From positions 29,636,001 through 29,700,000 of the forward strand of contig OZ281494.1 of the NCBI GenBank assembly GCA_965637545.1: a stretch of DNA of 64,000 nucleotides, in the 5' to 3' direction. This DNA is from Phallusia mammillata (lineage: Eukaryota). Both the position numbers and the translations under genes were made by a program. Each line of letters opens with the position of its first letter. The stretch's first letter is position 1. Below, one piece after another: positions 44,960 through 64,000 of the stretch. The notes under the pieces are model-generated. The model saw only the letters and a program-made list of their open reading frames with translations. It was not told the DNA's origin and did not search any database.

Positions 44960-46485
44960 ATGATGAACATCACAAGATGGAAGAAGGTTCAGGCCGTTTG
45001 CTTGGCCTTTGTACTCGATTTTTTGCTATTGGTCCTGTGAGGGCGATGGGAGTGTACTTTTTGGTGTTTCAAATAGCTTTGGATGCCAGAGCGCTACGTA
45101 TTGTAATTTGCAACCATGCATATAAAATATATTTCACGTTCCTTGATAACTGTGATGCGTTCGTAGCTTGGTTATATTTGCCTAATCGGCGTTGCTATTG
45201 CAGTATTGCTACACTTGGAGTGTTGCTATCGAGCGTTTCACCGAATACTAAATTGATTTACGTTTTGTTGGGAGTTTGTCTTGGTAAGTCAATGTTATTT
45301 TATTTACTGTTGACTAAAGCTGCAAACCTTCAGCACAACAAAGAATTGCTAAGTAATGCGTTTCAATCTATCAACCGGTCGACTAACTACTTGACTGTCG
45401 CGCAATACTATGAACTCCATCAAAATCTGAGATGAACATGTCGTTAAGAATGGGTAAGTGATCAAAATTGTTATGTTACTTTAGTGACAATTTTTCAGGT
45501 CCAGGTGGAAGTATGATTATCACACCTATCTTTGCCCTTTTTGGTTATTCATTCTCGGATAAGCGACCCTTGGTGAACAACATAGTAACATCAGGTAGCC
45601 CGGTCAGTGGTATTCTACTCAACTTGCTGGCACAAATATGGATTGATTCATACCGCTGGCGTGGATCGCTGCTTCTGATGGAAGGCGTTGTGCTTAATGC
45701 ACGTCCACGTTATTCTGTTTACTATGAACGCAGCAAGTCACTGTAACACAAAACAAAAATCAACTTGGCGTAAAGTTTTTGACGTTTCTTTACTCAAGTC
45801 CTGTCCGTTTGTTGTTTTGTATAACCTGTGGTATGCAAATTGCAAATATAGTTTTAGTTAGTGATGCACCGAAACATTTCGACCGAATCCGCTGTTTTTT
45901 GATGTTTCGGTTTCGGCCCGAACTTTTTTGAAAATTCGGCCGAAACCGAACTTTTTGATTGCTTGGAATTTTTGCCTAAAATTTCATTTTCTCCAATACG
46001 AAACGTCATAAATTAACTAATTTTTTCTGTCTACAAAATAGGCTACGAGCCACGTTGTCTGCAAAATACTACAAGTTTAGTATAGCTCCTGCATTGTGAA
46101 ACTGATTTTGATTTGTCATAATTCAATTCACTCGCATCAACGACACAAAGTTCAGTTGAAAATATCCATAGAAACGAGGATTTTAGGTTCGGCCGAAATT
46201 ATTCGGCCTCGTGGACGAATATTCGGTTTCGGCCCGAACTTTTTTAGACGGGTTCGGTGCACCACTAGTTTTAATGTCTACTTTTCTCATACGATACGCG
46301 TAGGCTAATCACAAGGCATCGACAGCATGGCAGCAGCTGGACGATCGTAAAATCATTGGTGCTGTTGACATTTGCCTTAAAACTATTGGTTCCTTCCATG
46401 TAAATAGATCGTATTAGCTACAGGCTTGTCATGCATGACTGGCATGTGTTTTGTCTTCGTTTATTACTTCAGAAGACAAGGACCC
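44960..46485 (+). pseudogene. SLC16/MCT-like pseudogene (paralog E)
   Basis: Exon-1 remnant (RWKKVQAVCLAF..frameshift..IGPVRAMGVYFLVFQIALDA) has lost its 3' end. Exon-2 remnant ends 45283 with GTAAGT. Exon 3 from 45499 (FSDKRPLVNNIV...WRGSLLLMEG) has further frameshifts and stops. A hAT MITE is inserted at 45859-46267. Downstream remnants (GAVDICLK, CFVFV) show large deletions. Confidence 0.85.
45859..46267. mobile_element. hAT MITE inserted into exon 3 of the MCT pseudogene
   Basis: TIRs TAGTGATGCACCGAA / TTCGGTGCACCACTA. TSD GTTTTAGT / GTTTTAAT. MCT coding homology resumes right after the element. Confidence 0.88.
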
Positions 46486-47255
46486 TGATGTGGCTAACGC
46501 CGAGTCCAAAGTAGTAACCGCAAACGAAATGAAAAGTTCTTTTGGACATTTATTATTAAAACACATCGTAATACGCTGCCATGTTTCACTTTTTAGGTGA
46601 TTTTCATTTGATGATGTTTCATACAAAGTGTTCTGGGCTATAATATCTTTGTTGGTAAAAACTTGCCATATTTGATCTCCAGAACGTGTCGTTACAATGT
46701 AAGCAAACATTGTATTTGGTTGCGAAGCCAAGAAACGCATCATAGTAATTCTTGTAATGAAACAGAAGTTACGTGGCAAAATATGTGCTGATTTCTAGAT
46801 CTTTCGCAGGATCGCCGACAGAGTCTTACCCTTCAAGTTCCATGTAGGCTGGTACCCCTTTTTAATAATCGGTCATTTTAAACCAATACTGTAGCCTATT
46901 ATGTAACTTGGCTACATTACAATGTTTATTGTATGCCTTATTACATTTAACTAATTGTAAAACCAAAGTTTTGTTGAATTGCTGTCTAAAAGATGTAAGT
47001 TAATGTGAGTAAAGATGAACATAGCGCCTTCAATGGGCCTGGCGTACTGTGATTTAATGTGAGTAAGTTTTACTTAGAGAAGATTGGTTCGTTAATTAGT
47101 TGCTTTAATTTAAACAACATTTTTCATGTGGATTGTCGACGAGTACATATCGATCGATGATCACGTGATGTTTATTTGTACAAAATCGTTACACGCACAG
47201 CTTCTTCCTAACAAAATATACAAAAATCACAGTTTTTCACTGCTTCCAAGAAGGT

Positions 47256-61490
<14,235 letters not shown>

Positions 61491-62808
61491 CTGAATACAA
61501 CAAAAAACAAAATATGTGAAGGAGAATCTAAACATCTAATTCTAAGGTAACCTAGACTGGAAAGTCAAACAATTAAAAACTACTTCATTAAGTTTTAACT
61601 TCAATTTAACTAAAATAGACAAAAAGCTGCAAGACTTTGGGTCTTTTTGTCGCATGCAAAAAAAGAAGTTTCAAAATTCTTTCTTAAAAAAAAACTTGCG
61701 ACTAAAATACATGTAGGCCGACACAGTGAAAAAAATATTGTCAAAAATCATCTAGAATAAGCACTTTTTTACTTTGCGAACTACAAATACCCCATATTAT
61801 TATGGCATAATTCAATTATCAAATTGATCACGAAAGTCATGTCTGCAAAAGTCATTCGCATTACTTAACAATACCGTCTTGATTTTAAGGTCCCTGGTTT
61901 ACAGTTCTCACGCTTACGTATAATTACAGGCACCTCGAGGCTCTAAATATTTGATAACAATGCATAAAAACCACTTACAATGTGTACCGTGAACAAAACA
62001 ACTGTTTGTGTCAATAATTAATAACCCAAGTGGTGGACAAGAGATGCCATTGTAAGGGTTTTCAAACATACGAGCGTCTTATTTGACATGTCAGTGATTC
62101 CTTATTAGTTTTAGATGCCAACATTGACCAAACTTAAGACAAACGTCATTAAAAGCGCAAGCTAGTATAGAGTTATTGCTAGTACAGTTGCTCTGAAAAT
62201 CTAGAAAACTATAGATTTTGACTTTGGCGGTGTGCAAAAGTGATTTTGTTACACTTTTAAACGCAAGGTAAAGGTTCGTTACAATAGATTCACCTGTCAC
62301 TTTTAAATATGTTTAATACAAAGTATGAAATAAATTCGTAAAAAAAGATTGAAGATATCAGATCTTTATATGACTTCATAACGCTGTAGTTTTGTGTCCA
62401 AATTTGCGAACAAAGCATCGAATCAATCTTGCAAGGTTGCGCTTAAACTTGCACATGTAACCTGTCATTCATGTCAATCAAAATGTGTTCCTCAATATTT
62501 CCCGTAAGCGGTTGGCCACTAAGCCAATGATCGAACTTCAACATTTCTGATTTAAAGGCGTTTGAACTTTGCCATGGGCAGCAGAAAAGCTTAATGGAAT
62601 TGATTTATGCCTCAGGCAAAACGTTTGATCTAAGTATCAAAATATTTCAGCAGAATGCAAGGTAGCACCCTTAGGCCAGCAAACTAGCGAACTGATCATG
62701 TAGAATAATACTGGATATACGGTCCACAATTATCATGCTGATTTTAAGGTCATTGGCTGAGATTGTGTATTTTCAGGCATTTTGTTTCTTTGGTGTAGGT
62801 AAATAAAT

Positions 62809-63799
62809 ATGGACGATTACGAAAACCTGACAAACTGCAATGTTCTGCACTCGTTTCGTCTCTGTTCAAAGGAGTCGTTTTTCTCACGAAATTATTCGTT
62901 CAATGCGAACAGGTTAGTTGCCCTAAAACACTTTAATTCAGGTACATTGAACTGGCTACTTCTGTTTGGATAATAGTAGCAGACCTATTTTGCAACTCGA
63001 TTTAAACATCTGCTTCAAAATTGTGAATTAAACAACATGCAGATGTACACAGTAGACCCCGTTTGACAATATGCCATTGTTCTTCCACAGTTAAAACACT
63101 GTAGTAGTTTCAAAATTAACCACAACTGAATGTATTGTTTCGTCGAATTCCCTATTTACACCCTTTACAACATGTATACAGAGACTGCAGTGTACCAGGC
63201 GTTCTATTCAATCTGATATCAACCATCATAGTCAGCATTATCACCGTTCTAGGGAATCTCCTTATACCAGCGGTAATATGGAGACAGAGACGTACACAGT
63301 GGGGTCCGTACGGTCTTTGCAAGCTGTGGTTGTCAGTCCTTGACATTATCATGGGAGTTTTTTACATGCCGATTCGTGTGATGATGATGGTAGAGGTGCT
63401 GTATATCCCAAGCTCACATGACAAGAAGGTTGTTTTGAAAGCAGCTAAAGGTAAGATAGGGTGATGTTTGAAACTCTGGATTGAAAAGGCACATCAAAAT
63501 TCTAACTCATTCAATTTTGCACATCCTTAATTATGGCTAATCAAAGTACATGGTACAAGGCAAACCATTCTGTAATGCTTACATTAAACCGGTTGTTTAC
63601 AGATCTAGCTCATATCTACAACCATCAACAACACGTTTTTGGCAGTAAAGTTGAACAGATTCACAACTTTACATATTATCTGCACCCGAGTAACGGAAGT
63701 GGTCCCTACAATCTACAAATGTTGTTTAAAATGTACGAGGTCACAAATCGACCGTTAGTTACCACTATGAGTTGTTTGCTGTCTACCTATATTCTATTG
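62809..63799 (+). CDS. Class A (rhodopsin-like) GPCR, 3'-partial, nested antisense in a NALCN intron; exons 62809-62912, 63182-63450, 63603-63799
   Basis: N-terminus MDDYENLT..NYS carries N-glycosylation sequons. TM1 IIVSIITVLGNLLIPAVIW (GN motif), TM2 LWLSVLDIIMGVFYMP (LxxxD motif), a long loop, then TM3-like TTMSCLLSTYILL ending at a GTAAGT donor. Phases 2 and 1 are consistent. The DRY motif is not in the window. Confidence 0.75.
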
Positions 63800-64000
63800 G
63801 TAAGTCAATGTGCTTTGTGGTGTGGTAGGGCTATGTAAAGGTTTATTGTCCAGTTCTAGAATATATGTATTTTCCTGTTCGATTTTTTTCTTTACTGTTC
63901 GCATAACAATTTCGACAGTGCTGATGTATATAAAGGTCGCCTCGACATAAACTATTTAGAACAAAGGTGCAATTAACAACCCTTAAACACTCAAGGCACA

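Overview
AT-rich eukaryotic (metazoan) genomic DNA with GT-AG spliceosomal introns. Gene content and compact introns suggest an invertebrate chordate such as an ascidian; this is inference and not proven. I resolved exon by exon, with consistent phases: (1) the 3' part of a PSKH1-like Ser/Thr kinase (+, 6 exons); (2) a complete convergent GTPBP1 gene (-, 12 exons, 635 aa); (3) a tandem cluster of four intact 3-exon SLC16/MCT-like transporters plus one pseudogene; (4) the 3' two-thirds of NALCN (-, 23 exons; DIII filter K, DIV filter E); (5) the 5' end of a class A GPCR-like gene nested antisense in a NALCN intron. Introns and intergenic DNA carry many non-autonomous transposons: hAT MITEs with 8-bp TSDs, a Mutator-like foldback, three Helentron/HINE-like elements and a tRNA-derived SINE. 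Most interesting observations: a complete type I hammerhead ribozyme in sense orientation in a NALCN intron; a foldback element carrying a Penelope-type hammerhead whose sense-strand copy has lost its core; divergence of the K/D/R transport residues among the SLC16 paralogs; a 56-bp duplication of a GTPBP1 splice acceptor that would create a premature stop; and the nested GPCR with a very long first extracellular loop. All calls were made by eye, and no database searches were run.
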